A stretch of 64,000 bases of DNA, taken from Chloroflexota bacterium (GTDB lineage Bacteria > Chloroflexota > Limnocylindria > Limnocylindrales > CSP1-4). Both the position numbers and the translations under genes were made by a program. This document shows, piece after piece, positions 31,044-39,782 of the stretch (positions are counted from its first letter, which is position 1; the number at the start of each line of letters is the position of its first letter). The notes beneath the pieces are model-generated. The model had not been told where the DNA came from and did not search any database. It saw only the letters and a program-made list of their open reading frames with translations. The stretch spans positions 13,012-77,011 of the forward strand of contig JBHORC010000016.1 in NCBI GenBank assembly GCA_042408445.1, written 5' to 3'.

Positions 31044-32024
31044 TCACGGCAGCTTCTGGATCGAGGCGAGGAAGAGCGTCACGCCAAGGAGCCCGGCGAG
31101 GATCCCGACGATCCAGAACCGGAGGGTGATCTTCTCCTCGTCCCACCCGGCCAGCTCGAAGTGATGGTGCAACGGCGCCATCCGGAAGATCCGCTTGCCG
31201 CCGCTCAGCTTGAAGTAGCCGATCTGGATGATGTCCGAGCCCGTCTCGATCACGAAGACCAGGCCGATCAATGGCAGGACGAGGATCTGCCCGGTGATCA
31301 GGGCGATCACGGCAAGCGTCGCCCCCAGCGACAGGGACCCCGAATCGCCCATGAAGACCTGCGCGGGGTGGACGTTGAACCAGAGGAAGCCGAGCAGCGC
31401 GCCGATGATCAGCGCGCAGAGGAACGCGAGGTTCGGCTGGGCCGGGACGTTGAGCAGCGCCACGAGAAGGAACGCCACGAACGCGAAGACGAGCGTGCCA
31501 CCGGCGAGCCCATCGAGGCCATCGGTGATGTTCACGCCGTTGCTCGCGGCGATGATCGCGAAGGCCGCGAACAGGACGTAGATGACCGGCTCGATGTGGA
31601 CGGCGCCGACGAATGGCACCGCGATCTGGTCGATCTGGTAGGTGCGCTGGATCATGAACGCCGCCGCGAAGGCGAAGACGACCTGCCACAGGAGCTTCTG
31701 GCGAACCCGGATCCCCTCCCCGGTCTTGGCGTTCAGGTAGTCGTCGAACGCACCGAGCAGCCCGACGCCGGCCAGGGCGGCGAGCGGCGCGTAGATGCCG
31801 CCCTCCGGCGGGAATCGGAGCAGGAGGTACAGGGCGAGGACGACGCCGATCAGCAACGCGCCACCCATCGTCGGGGTGCCGTGCTTGATCTGGTGCGTGT
31901 CCGGGCCCTCGATCCGGATCTGCTTCGTGAAGCCGGCGGTCCGCAGCAGGCGGATGTACGGCGGCATGAGGATCACGACGATCGCGAACGCGAGCAGCAG
32001 ACCCTGGATCAGCTCGACGGTCAT
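31044..32024 (-). CDS. mraY: Phospho-N-acetylmuramoyl-pentapeptide transferase
   Basis: Typical MraY (TPTMGG, NGVNITDGLDGLAGG, MGDSGSLSLG). Confidence 0.95.
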   Translation of the reverse strand: MTVELIQGLLLAFAIVVILMPPYIRLLRTAGFTKQIRIEGPDTHQIKHGTPTMGGALLIGVVLALYLLLRFPPEGGIYAPLAALAGVGLLGAFDDYLNAKTGEGIRVRQKLLWQVVFAFAAAFMIQRTYQIDQIAVPFVGAVHIEPVIYVLFAAFAIIAASNGVNITDGLDGLAGGTLVFAFVAFLLVALLNVPAQPNLAFLCALIIGALLGFLWFNVHPAQVFMGDSGSLSLGATLAVIALITGQILVLPLIGLVFVIETGSDIIQIGYFKLSGGKRIFRMAPLHHHFELAGWDEEKITLRFWIVGILAGLLGVTLFLASIQKLP

Positions 32025-33562
32025 GCCGAGATTCCCGAGTCCGACTCGGTTCGCGGCTCGGGCCGGGCCACCGCCGACGCACCCGCCGACGCACCGGCCG
32101 AGGTCCTCGCGCCGAGGTCCGCGACGAGCTGATCCACGAGGACGTCGAGGCCGATCCCACGTGACGCCTTGACGAGGACGACATCGGCCGGCCGAAGGAG
32201 GTCCAGGAGCACATCCCGCGCGGCTTCGCGATCTCCAACGCGCACGATCGCCTCCGCGGACATCGCGCCGGCGGCGCCATCGGCGATCCCCGCCGCGCCC
32301 GCGCCGACCGCGACCAGGACGTCGGCCCGCTGCGCGGCGTGGGCACCGGTCCGGCGGTGCCCGTCCTCGTGGTCGTCGCCCAGCTCGAGCATCTCGCCGA
32401 GCACGGCCACACGCCGGCCCGGCAGCTCCGAGAGGAGATCGAGCGCCGCCGCAACCGAGCCGGGCGACGCGTTGTAGCTGTCGTCGATGATCGTGACCTC
32501 GCCCGCCCGGACGACCTGGACGCGATGCGGGGCGCTCCAGCCGATCGCGAGCGCATCCACGACCGTATCGAGCCGCATCCCGGCAGCGAGACCCGCGGCC
32601 GCGGCCGCGAGCGCGTTATGGACGGAGAGCGCCCCGAGCGTCGGGATCCGTGCGTTCCGACGCTCGCCGTTGGCGACGAGGGCGAACGCCATCCCCTCGA
32701 CGCCACGCGACTCGACCGCCTCCGCGCGAACATCCGCGTCGGGCGCGAAGCCGTAGAAGACGGCACGGGCGCGCGTCCGGGCGGCCATCCGACGAACGCG
32801 CGGGTCGTCGGCATTCAGGATCGCCACGCCGTCCGCCGGGAGCGCCTCGACGAGCTCGCCCTTCGCCTGCTCGATGGCATCGAGCGTCCCGATCCGGGAC
32901 AGATGGACGGCCTGGACCGCCGTGACGATCCCGATCTCGGGTCGCCCGATGCGGGCGAGGTCGGCGATCTCGCCGCCGACGTACATCCCCATCTCGAGCA
33001 CTGCGGCGCGATGCTCGCCGCGGAGCCGGAGGACCGTCAGCGGAAGGCCGATCTCATTGTTCAGGTTGCCCTCGTTGCGGAGCGTCGGCATCGCGGCGCC
33101 GAGCACGGTCGCGACGGCCTCCTTCGTCGACGTCTTCGCGATCGAGCCGGTGATGCCGACGACGAGCGGGTCGAAGCGTGCCCGCCAGGCCGACGCGACG
33201 GCCTGGAGTCCGATCAGCGGGTCGGGGACGGCGATCACGGTCGCGTCGACGGCCGACAGATCGACATCGTCGGGCGGTCGGGCGACGAGCACGGCGGCGG
33301 CGCCGGCGGCGAGCGCTGCCGCGACGAACCGGTGCCCGTCCGTGTGCTCCCCGGGCAACGCGACGAAGAGGTTGCCGGGCCGGACCTCGCGGGAATCGAC
33401 GGCGCCGTCGCGGACGAGTCGCCCGGAGCGGTGGAGCAGGGATCCGCCCGTCGCCTCGAGCAGGTCGTCGGCGGACAGGCCCCGGTCGGGACCCCCGTCG
33501 ATCGGCAGCGACGGATCCCGACGATCGGTCACGCGGCCCAGTGTCGCACAGGCGCCGCTCAC
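32021..33562 (-). CDS. murF: UDP-N-acetylmuramoyl-tripeptide--D-alanyl-D-alanine ligase
   Basis: Mur ligase domains (VVGITGSIAKTSTKE, DDSYNASPGSVAAAL). An ATGA overlap links it to mraY. Confidence 0.9.
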   Translation of the reverse strand: MSGACATLGRVTDRRDPSLPIDGGPDRGLSADDLLEATGGSLLHRSGRLVRDGAVDSREVRPGNLFVALPGEHTDGHRFVAAALAAGAAAVLVARPPDDVDLSAVDATVIAVPDPLIGLQAVASAWRARFDPLVVGITGSIAKTSTKEAVATVLGAAMPTLRNEGNLNNEIGLPLTVLRLRGEHRAAVLEMGMYVGGEIADLARIGRPEIGIVTAVQAVHLSRIGTLDAIEQAKGELVEALPADGVAILNADDPRVRRMAARTRARAVFYGFAPDADVRAEAVESRGVEGMAFALVANGERRNARIPTLGALSVHNALAAAAAGLAAGMRLDTVVDALAIGWSAPHRVQVVRAGEVTIIDDSYNASPGSVAAALDLLSELPGRRVAVLGEMLELGDDHEDGHRRTGAHAAQRADVLVAVGAGAAGIADGAAGAMSAEAIVRVGDREAARDVLLDLLRPADVVLVKASRGIGLDVLVDQLVADLGARTSAGASAGASAVARPEPRTESDSGISA

Positions 33563-35397
33563 CGGGACGCGGTCGTGGCCGGCGGTGCGTCGTCAGTTCG
33601 GTCGGGCAGGAGGTCGGGCGTCGTGATCGCGTCGTGGGCGATCCGCCGGAACAGCTCGAAGGACATCACCGGCATCTCGAGCTGACCGAGCTTGGCGACG
33701 GTCGGCGTCCCCTCCTCGATCCGGATGGCGACGACGAGATCCGGCCGGCCGGTCTCCCGGGCGATGTAGCCGATGAACGAGTAGTTGAAGATGTCGCGCT
33801 TCCAGCCGCCGTGGCCGCCGTACATCTTCGGGTCCCAGATCTGGGCCGTTCCGGTCTTGCCGCCGACATCGAATCCGGGGATCAGCGTCCGGTCCCGGTA
33901 GAACGGAACGGTCGTGACGACGTGGCGCATCATCCCGATCAGCGTCCCGGACAGGCTCGCGCTGATGACGGTGCCCTTCGCGGAGACCTCGCGGGCGTTC
34001 GTCCCGACGGCCTTCACGACGTGCGGCTGGATCAGGTTGCCGCCGTTGACCATCGCCGAGAACGCGGCGGCGAGCTGCATCGGCGTCACGGCGACACCCT
34101 GGCCGAACGAGCCGTTCGCGAGGTCGATCTGGCGCCACGTTCGCTTCGCCGGGTCGTGGACGATCCCGCCGACCTCACCCGCGAGATCGACGCCGGTCGG
34201 GCTGCCGAAACCGAACCGCGTCCAGGTCGAGTGGAGGATCGTGGCCGCGGTCTTCGTGCTCGGGTCGAGTCCGATCGCGACCTTGGCCGCGACGACGTTC
34301 CTTGAGTAGGCGATCGCGTCCTCGAAGGTCATCATGCCCTTGGCCTTGTGGTCCGCGTCGTCGACGTGCGACTGGCCGCCATCGAGCCGCAGGATGCCGG
34401 TGTCCCGGATCCGCGTCTTCGTCGTGACCTCGCCCCGCTCGAGCGCCGCGACGGAGGTCAGCATCTTGAAGACGGAGCCGGGCTCGTAGGTCGAGCTGAC
34501 GATCGGGTCGATGAACCGGTTGGCGTCGGAGGTCGCGATCGCGGCGTAGTCGTTCGCGTCGTAGGACGGGTACGAGGCCTCCGCGAGGATCTCGCCGGTG
34601 TACGGATTCAGGACGACGGCCGAGACGGACTTCGCCCGATCGGCGGCCCAGGCCGCGAGGATCTCCTGCTCGACGTCCGTCTGGAGCCCCGCGTCGATCG
34701 TCAGCCGGATGTCCTCGCCCGGCGCGCCGGGATCCTGGACGACGGCGGTCTCCGGGATCTGGCGGGAGGCGATGTCGCGCTGCGCCTGGACGATCTTCGG
34801 CCGCCCGGCGAGCTGATCCTGGTAGAACTGCTCGACGCCGTACTGGCCGACGCCTTCGCGGTTGACGAAGCCCATCAGCTTGGCGCCGAGGGTCGTGTTC
34901 GGGGCACCGCCGGGCTGGGGGTAGACCCGGACCGGCTCGGGCTCGAGCGACACGCCCTTCACCAGGCCGGCGTCGATCGCCGACTGGACGCGGGCGGCAA
35001 CGGTCGTGTCGAGGTCGTGGGCGAGGACCACGTACTTGCGCTCGGAGGTCTCGCGATCGGTCAGCGCCTGGGCATCCGCGTCCGCGAGGCCGAGGATTCC
35101 GACCAGCGTCGCGGCGACGTCACGGCGGCGGCTTGCCTCGATCTGCGACGGCGTGGAGATGAGCCGCTGCCGCTCGATCGTCGTCGCCAGGACGACGACA
35201 CCCGTCCGGTCGTAGATGTCGCCGCGCCGGCTCGGGGTGGTCTCCCGGATCGTCGTCTGCTGGAACGCCTCGCCCGCGAGGCGATCGCGCTGGCCGACCT
35301 GCCAGTAGGCGAGGCGGGCGAGCAGGGCCGCGCCGACCGTCGCGAAGACGATCAGCAGGAAGAAGGCGCGGCGCCGCGAATCCGTCCGTCCCATCAT
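33559..35397 (-). CDS. ftsI: Penicillin-binding protein (FtsI-type class B transpeptidase)
   Basis: N-terminal TM segment, PBP dimerisation domain, transpeptidase motifs (STYEPGSVFK-like SxxK, SRN, KTGTAQ). Confidence 0.9.
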   Translation of the reverse strand: MMGRTDSRRRAFFLLIVFATVGAALLARLAYWQVGQRDRLAGEAFQQTTIRETTPSRRGDIYDRTGVVVLATTIERQRLISTPSQIEASRRRDVAATLVGILGLADADAQALTDRETSERKYVVLAHDLDTTVAARVQSAIDAGLVKGVSLEPEPVRVYPQPGGAPNTTLGAKLMGFVNREGVGQYGVEQFYQDQLAGRPKIVQAQRDIASRQIPETAVVQDPGAPGEDIRLTIDAGLQTDVEQEILAAWAADRAKSVSAVVLNPYTGEILAEASYPSYDANDYAAIATSDANRFIDPIVSSTYEPGSVFKMLTSVAALERGEVTTKTRIRDTGILRLDGGQSHVDDADHKAKGMMTFEDAIAYSRNVVAAKVAIGLDPSTKTAATILHSTWTRFGFGSPTGVDLAGEVGGIVHDPAKRTWRQIDLANGSFGQGVAVTPMQLAAAFSAMVNGGNLIQPHVVKAVGTNAREVSAKGTVISASLSGTLIGMMRHVVTTVPFYRDRTLIPGFDVGGKTGTAQIWDPKMYGGHGGWKRDIFNYSFIGYIARETGRPDLVVAIRIEEGTPTVAKLGQLEMPVMSFELFRRIAHDAITTPDLLPDRTDDAPPATTASR

Positions 35398-35413
35398 CGG
35401 CTTTGGCGATGCG

Positions 35414-35788
35414 TCAGCGGACGACGAGCGGAGCGGACAGCTGCGTCAGGCCGGCATCGATCGCGAGCTTGCGAACCGCGGGTGCCTGCCCCAGCCGGTT
35501 GAGGTCCGTCAGGAGCTCGGACTTGCGGACGAGGAGCGCGTCCCGCTGTTCGCTGAGCTTCGCCATGTCGTACCCGGTCGCCGACACGCGCATCGTCTGG
35601 GCGAGCGAGAAGAAGGCGAGGACGAACGCGACGACGATCGTGCCGAGCATGATCGGGAGACGGTTCGTCCGGCGCCGCGCGCGAACGGCGCCGCGAACGC
35701 GTCGCCGCGGCAGGGTCGGCGCATCGACGACGCGCGATCGCTGCGGGAGGAACGAGGAACGGGGGCGCGCCCCGGAGTAGACGGCCAC
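35414..35788 (-). CDS. ftsL: Cell division protein FtsL (septum formation initiator family)
   Basis: Basic N-terminus, one TM segment (LPIMLGTIVVAFVLAFFSL), then a coiled-coil-like segment (MAKLSEQRDALLVRKSELLTDLNRL). The GTG start overlaps the preceding stop (TAGTG). Confidence 0.7.
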   Translation of the reverse strand: MAVYSGARPRSSFLPQRSRVVDAPTLPRRRVRGAVRARRRTNRLPIMLGTIVVAFVLAFFSLAQTMRVSATGYDMAKLSEQRDALLVRKSELLTDLNRLGQAPAVRKLAIDAGLTQLSAPLVVR

Positions 35789-35988
35789 TACTCGCCCAGC
35801 GCGAAGCGAAGACGCGGGGTCCGCGGGTCGAGGAACGCGAGCGGGTCCGCCGCCGTTGACGCGCCGAAGCCGTCGCGGTCGAGCTCGTCCTCGGTCGGTT
35901 GGTGCCGCCGGACCGACTGCCGCTCGTGCAGCTCGTGCTGACGTCGTCCGTAGGTCCGTCGGCGGCTGGACTGGTGTCGCTTGCTCAC
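35788..35988 (-). CDS. Small basic hypothetical protein (66 aa) between rsmH and ftsL
   Basis: A GTG start at 35986-35988 is preceded by a strong SD AGGAGGAG (4-nt spacer). GC3 is ~85%. Its stop overlaps the ftsL GTG by 1 nt (TAGTG), suggesting translational coupling. The product is VSKRHQSSRRRTYGRRQHELHERQSVRRHQPTEDELDRDGFGASTAADPLAFLDPRTPRLRFALGE. Confidence 0.4.
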   Translation of the reverse strand: MSKRHQSSRRRTYGRRQHELHERQSVRRHQPTEDELDRDGFGASTAADPLAFLDPRTPRLRFALGE

Positions 35989-36028
35989 GGGACTCCTCCT
36001 CTCGATCGACTGGCTGGCTGGCGTTCGG

Positions 36029-36976
36029 TCAGGCGGCGAGCCGCTCGGCGGCTCGGAGGCGGGCGCTGCGGGCCCGCGGGTTGGCAGCGATCTCGGCATC
36101 GGTGGGCGTCAGCGACGGCCGCGTCACGAGGCGCAGTCGCGGGTTCCGGCCGCAGACGCAGACCGGCAGCTCCGGCGGGCAGATGCAGCCGCGCCGTTCG
36201 GCGGCGATGAACCGCTTGACGATCCGATCCTCGAGCGAGTGGTAGCTCAGGACGACGAGCCGGCCGCCGGGCCGCAGCAGATCCATCGAGGCGGCGAGCC
36301 CCTCCTGGAGCGCATCGAGCTCGGCGTTGACGGCGATCCGGAGCGCCTGGAACACACGGGTCGCGGGGTGGATGCGGCGCCGGATGCGGGGGTTGCCCGG
36401 GGCGACGCGCTCGACGAGGGCGGCGAGCTCTTCGGCCGTCGTGATCGGCGTCGTCGCGCGCGTCGCAACGATCGCGCGGGCGATCCGGCCGGCCTGCGGC
36501 TCCTCGCCGTAGCGCTTGAGGAGCGCAGTCAGCTCGCCGGCGTCGAGCGTCGCGAGCAGCTCGGACGCCGGGACGCCGCGGCTCGCATCGAACCGCATGT
36601 CGAGCGGGCCGCCGGTCCGGAAGCCGAAGCCGCGCTCGCGGTCGGCCAGCTGGAAGCTCGACAGCCCGAGATCGAACAGCATCCCGTCGACGGCCGCAAA
36701 GCCGGAATCCGGCGCGACCGCCGCGAGCTCGCGGAAGTTCGCCTGACGGAGGACGAGTCGGTCGCCGAATCGTGGCCCCAGGCGGCCAGCGACTCTGGCG
36801 ATGGCCGCCCCGTCGGCGTCGAGTCCGAGGAGGCGGCCATCAGGGTTGCTCGCCTCCAGGATCCGCTCGGTGTGCCCACCGCCGCCGAGGGTGGCGTCGA
36901 TGTGAAGGCTGCCGGGGGCAGGTGCGAGCATCGACATGACCTCCTCCACCAGCACCGGCAGGTGCCCTTCCTGCAT
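36029..36976 (-). CDS. rsmH: 16S rRNA (cytosine1402-N4)-methyltransferase
   Basis: SAM-binding motifs (IDATLGGGGH, FDLGLSSFQLADRERGFGFR). The start is ATG 36976 (MQEGHLPVLV). The upstream 120 aa of the track ORF are rejected. Confidence 0.9.
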   Translation of the reverse strand: MQEGHLPVLVEEVMSMLAPAPGSLHIDATLGGGGHTERILEASNPDGRLLGLDADGAAIARVAGRLGPRFGDRLVLRQANFRELAAVAPDSGFAAVDGMLFDLGLSSFQLADRERGFGFRTGGPLDMRFDASRGVPASELLATLDAGELTALLKRYGEEPQAGRIARAIVATRATTPITTAEELAALVERVAPGNPRIRRRIHPATRVFQALRIAVNAELDALQEGLAASMDLLRPGGRLVVLSYHSLEDRIVKRFIAAERRGCICPPELPVCVCGRNPRLRLVTRPSLTPTDAEIAANPRARSARLRAAERLAA

Positions 36977-37058
36977 CACTCCTCCACCTTCGACGGACGG
37001 ATCCCGAGCGGACCCTGGAAGCGCATGTGGTCGGCCCGCGGCTGCGCGGGCGAGTCGT

Positions 37059-37487
37059 TCAGATGCCGAGGCCTCCGATGGCCCGGGCGAGGGCGTCCGG
37101 ATCCTCGAGGCTCCGGCGGTACGACTCCCAGCGGTCGGGAGCCCAGATCTCGGCGTGATCGCGGGTGCCGACGACGACGGCCTCGCTGCCGAGGCCCGCC
37201 ATGTCGCGCAGGTAGCCGGGGATGAGGACGCGGCCCTGGCCGTCGAGGGTCGACTCGACGGCGCCGGCGAAGATGAAGCGCTCGAAGAGCCGGGCGTTGC
37301 CATCGGTGATCGGCAGCGTCGCGACCTTCTCGGCAAGGGCGTCCCAGCTCGCCCGGGTGTGGATCGCGAGGCAGTTCTCCAGCCAGCGCGAGACGACCAG
37401 TCCGGCGTCCAGCTGGGCGCGGAACTTCGACGGGACGGCGAGCCGTCCCTTGTCGTCCACCGTGTGCCGGTACTCGCCGGTGAACAC
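37059..37487 (-). CDS. mraZ: Transcriptional regulator MraZ
   Basis: Two SpoVT/AbrB-like MraZ halves (FTGEYRHTVDDKGRLAVPSKFR, LDGQGRVLIPGYLR). The start was chosen at the GTG giving VFTGEY, the canonical MraZ N-terminus; the track start at 37568 would overlap its own operator repeats. Confidence 0.85.
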   Translation of the reverse strand: MFTGEYRHTVDDKGRLAVPSKFRAQLDAGLVVSRWLENCLAIHTRASWDALAEKVATLPITDGNARLFERFIFAGAVESTLDGQGRVLIPGYLRDMAGLGSEAVVVGTRDHAEIWAPDRWESYRRSLEDPDALARAIGGLGI

Positions 37488-37564
37488 CTGAGGGGCTTCC
37501 CCTGTGCGGGTGCGCTGCCTGGTCAGGCGATCGACGTGGTGAGGGGTCCTGTTGGGGTTGTTCC

Positions 37565-37590
37565 CCACTTTCCACCACTTCGTGCCACTT
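37565..37590 (-). promoter_or_regulatory. Putative MraZ operator: three direct repeats AAGTGG with exact 10-bp periodicity upstream of mraZ
   Basis: + strand CCACTT occurs at 37565, 37575 and 37585. The spacing and GTGG core match known MraZ-binding repeats, ~80-100 nt upstream of the chosen mraZ start. Confidence 0.4.
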
Positions 37591-38040
37591 CAGCGCATCA
37601 TAGCGCTCCGACACCCCTCGTCAATGCCCGTTTCGACGTCGGGGCGCGTGGAGGCAACGCCCGCTGCGGAGCGGCTCCGCCGCGTTGGGCCTCGGGTGGC
37701 GCGACGTGGCGCGACGTCTGGGGCCGGTCGCCGCGCGTGCCTCGCCGATCCGGCCGAACGCACACCCCCGGAACGTTGGGTCGCGTTCACGGGCCGCGCC
37801 CGCTCCCGGCCGGCGGTGCCCGTGCTCAGCGCCTCCGCGGAATCCGGTCAGATGCAGCCAACTGCGAGCGGATGGCAGGGTCCGGCCGTCGCGATGAGGC
37901 CGAAGGTTCCCCGGGTGTTCGTCTGGCCGACTTCCCCAGGCGGCAGGGCGACGCGCCGTGGCCTTGGGCATGAACCGTTCGCGGGGCGACCGCCCGAATG
38001 AGGCGCGACCTCGAACACGCGCCTCAGCGAGGCTCGGCCG

Positions 38041-38886
38041 TCAACGGGTCGGCGTCGGGATCCTCAGCTTGTCGCCGGCGTGGATGGGCCGGCGGAGGTT
38101 CGGGTTCATGGCGAGGACCCGGTCGTACGACACCCCGAAGTAGTTCGCGATGCTGCGGAGGTTGTCGCCCGAGCGGATCGTGTAGATCCAGCAGTCGGCG
38201 GTCGACGGGCACTTCGTCAGGAGCGCGAACCGGTCGCTCGTCGGCGCCGGGGTCGGGGTCGCCGTCGCGGCGGGCGTCGGCGTCGGTTCGAGGGTGGGCG
38301 CCGGGGACGAGCTTGCCGTCGGCGCGGACGGCGATGGCAGCGCCGAGGGGCTGACCGCGTCGACCGACGCGGACGCGCCCTCCCCGCCGGATTCGGCCGG
38401 CGACGACACCGCGGACGGGATCGCGCCGACCTCGAACGGCGTCGGCGAGGCAAGCGCCAGCTCGAAGCCGCCGCGAACCGCAAGGAACCCGAAGGACGCC
38501 GCGATCGCCGCAAGCAACAGGAGGGTTGCCCCGATCACGGCCGGCGAGATCTGCTCGCGCCGACGCGTCGCGGGCGGCGCCGGGGCATTCGCGATGAGCA
38601 GGCCGCGGAGGTAGCGCGGGCAATTGACGTGCGCGCTCGTCAGGCAGACCAGCTCCTGCTGCCGACCGGACTGCGGGACGGGGTCGACCAGGGCGACGCA
38701 GACGTGACGGGGATCGACGGTTGCCGTCGCTTCGCGGACCATCCCGTCGGCGTCGTAACGCGCAAGAAACCTGCACGGCTCGGGTGTGATCACGGGGAGA
38801 TCCGACGGTGCGTCCCGGAAGGGCGCCGCTCGTCGCGTCGTCCGCCCGCGCCCTCGCTCGGCTCCTGTCTTCCGGCCCTCCGCCAC
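38041..38886 (-). CDS. Membrane-anchored LysM domain protein with a cytoplasmic Cys-containing N-terminal domain
   Basis: C-terminal LysM (YTIRSGDNLRSIANYFGVSYDRVLAMNPNL...GDKLRIP), a Pro/Thr/Ser-rich linker, TM segment IGATLLLLAAIAASFGFLAV, and N-terminal cysteines (CRF...HVCV...VCLTSAHVNCP). Confidence 0.7.
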   Translation of the reverse strand: MAEGRKTGAERGRGRTTRRAAPFRDAPSDLPVITPEPCRFLARYDADGMVREATATVDPRHVCVALVDPVPQSGRQQELVCLTSAHVNCPRYLRGLLIANAPAPPATRRREQISPAVIGATLLLLAAIAASFGFLAVRGGFELALASPTPFEVGAIPSAVSSPAESGGEGASASVDAVSPSALPSPSAPTASSSPAPTLEPTPTPAATATPTPAPTSDRFALLTKCPSTADCWIYTIRSGDNLRSIANYFGVSYDRVLAMNPNLRRPIHAGDKLRIPTPTR

Positions 38887-39023
38887 GCGCCCTCCGGTTC
38901 CGACAGCCCTCCGACGGCGGGCAGTCTAGTACGTTTGGAACCTTGCCGCGACGTTCAAGCCGGTGCTAGAGTCCGCCGCCAGATCGGGATCCCGATCGAT
39001 TCCGCGCTGAGGCGACCCTCGCG

Positions 39024-39266
39024 ATGGCCCTCCCCCTCCCCACGATCAGCCTCGAACCGGATCCGTACCGGCTGGCGCCGCAGCGCATCCGACGGTGCAC
39101 GTTTCGGCGACTCATCCAGATCGACAGCGGGGCGGATCGGCTGTACGACGTGGAGTGCCTGCTGCCCGATCGCCGGGTGCCGATCCCCCTCGGCCATCTC
39201 GACGCCGCCACGCCGATCTGCAATGCGTGCACGGCGCCGCACACGTTCCGACCGGACGAGGACTGA
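39024..39266 (+). CDS. Small hypothetical Cys-containing protein (80 aa), possible zinc-ribbon
   Basis: ATG with GAGG upstream, GC3 ~90%. Cysteine pattern C-x19-C ... C-x2-C (ICNAC). No homology assignable. Confidence 0.3.
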   Translation: MALPLPTISLEPDPYRLAPQRIRRCTFRRLIQIDSGADRLYDVECLLPDRRVPIPLGHLDAATPICNACTAPHTFRPDED

Positions 39267-39348
39267 CCGCTCCTTCGTCCACTGACGCTCCGTCAGCGAC
39301 CAGGGTCGCCACGACAGCGCCGCACGCGGCTCGCGCTCGGGACTGGGA

Positions 39349-39726
39349 AGAGCGTCAGCGAGGCCGTCTGTAAGCCGAGTTCTGTCGCGACGGCGAACCG
39401 TCGCGGATGGCCATCCATCTGGGGCCGCCGGTTGCCCGACGGCTCATGCGGCCGACCCGAGGGCTGGGCAGCGCACCTCTCCCCCGCCGAGTTGCCCCGA
39501 CGGGTTGCGCCCTCCTATTTGGCCTTGCTCCGGGTGGAGTTTGCCCCGTTTCACTCCGTCGCCGGCTTGCGCCTCCGACGGCATCGTCACTGTGGCACTG
39601 GTCCTCGTCTCACGACGGGCGGGCGTTACCCGCCACCCTGCGCTGCGGAGCTCGGACTTTCCTCACGCCGTTCACGGGGTTGCCCCCGACGTGGCGCGCG
39701 ACCATCCGACGGCCTCGCTGACGGTG
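39349..39726 (-). ncRNA. rnpB: RNase P RNA (bacterial type A)
   Basis: The minus strand carries GGAAAGTCCGAGCTCC...CAGGGTGGCGGGTAACGCCCGCC (P4/CR-I region) and ACAGAACTCGGCTTACAG (CR-V). A 16-bp P1 helix forms between + 39353-39368 and 39708-39724; the total is ~378 nt. The overlapping track ORFs (39432..40109 etc.) are spurious. Confidence 0.85.
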
Positions 39727-39782
39727 GGATTCTAGCCGCTCGCGTCCGACGCACCGGCGTCGCCCGTCCGGCACGCGGTGGA

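Noticed and set aside
29464-32814. 1116-aa minus-strand ORF
   Set aside because: Only the C-terminal 524 aa (murD, to 31038) are real. Upstream it reads through the mraY region in a non-coding frame, and MraY is encoded in a different frame.
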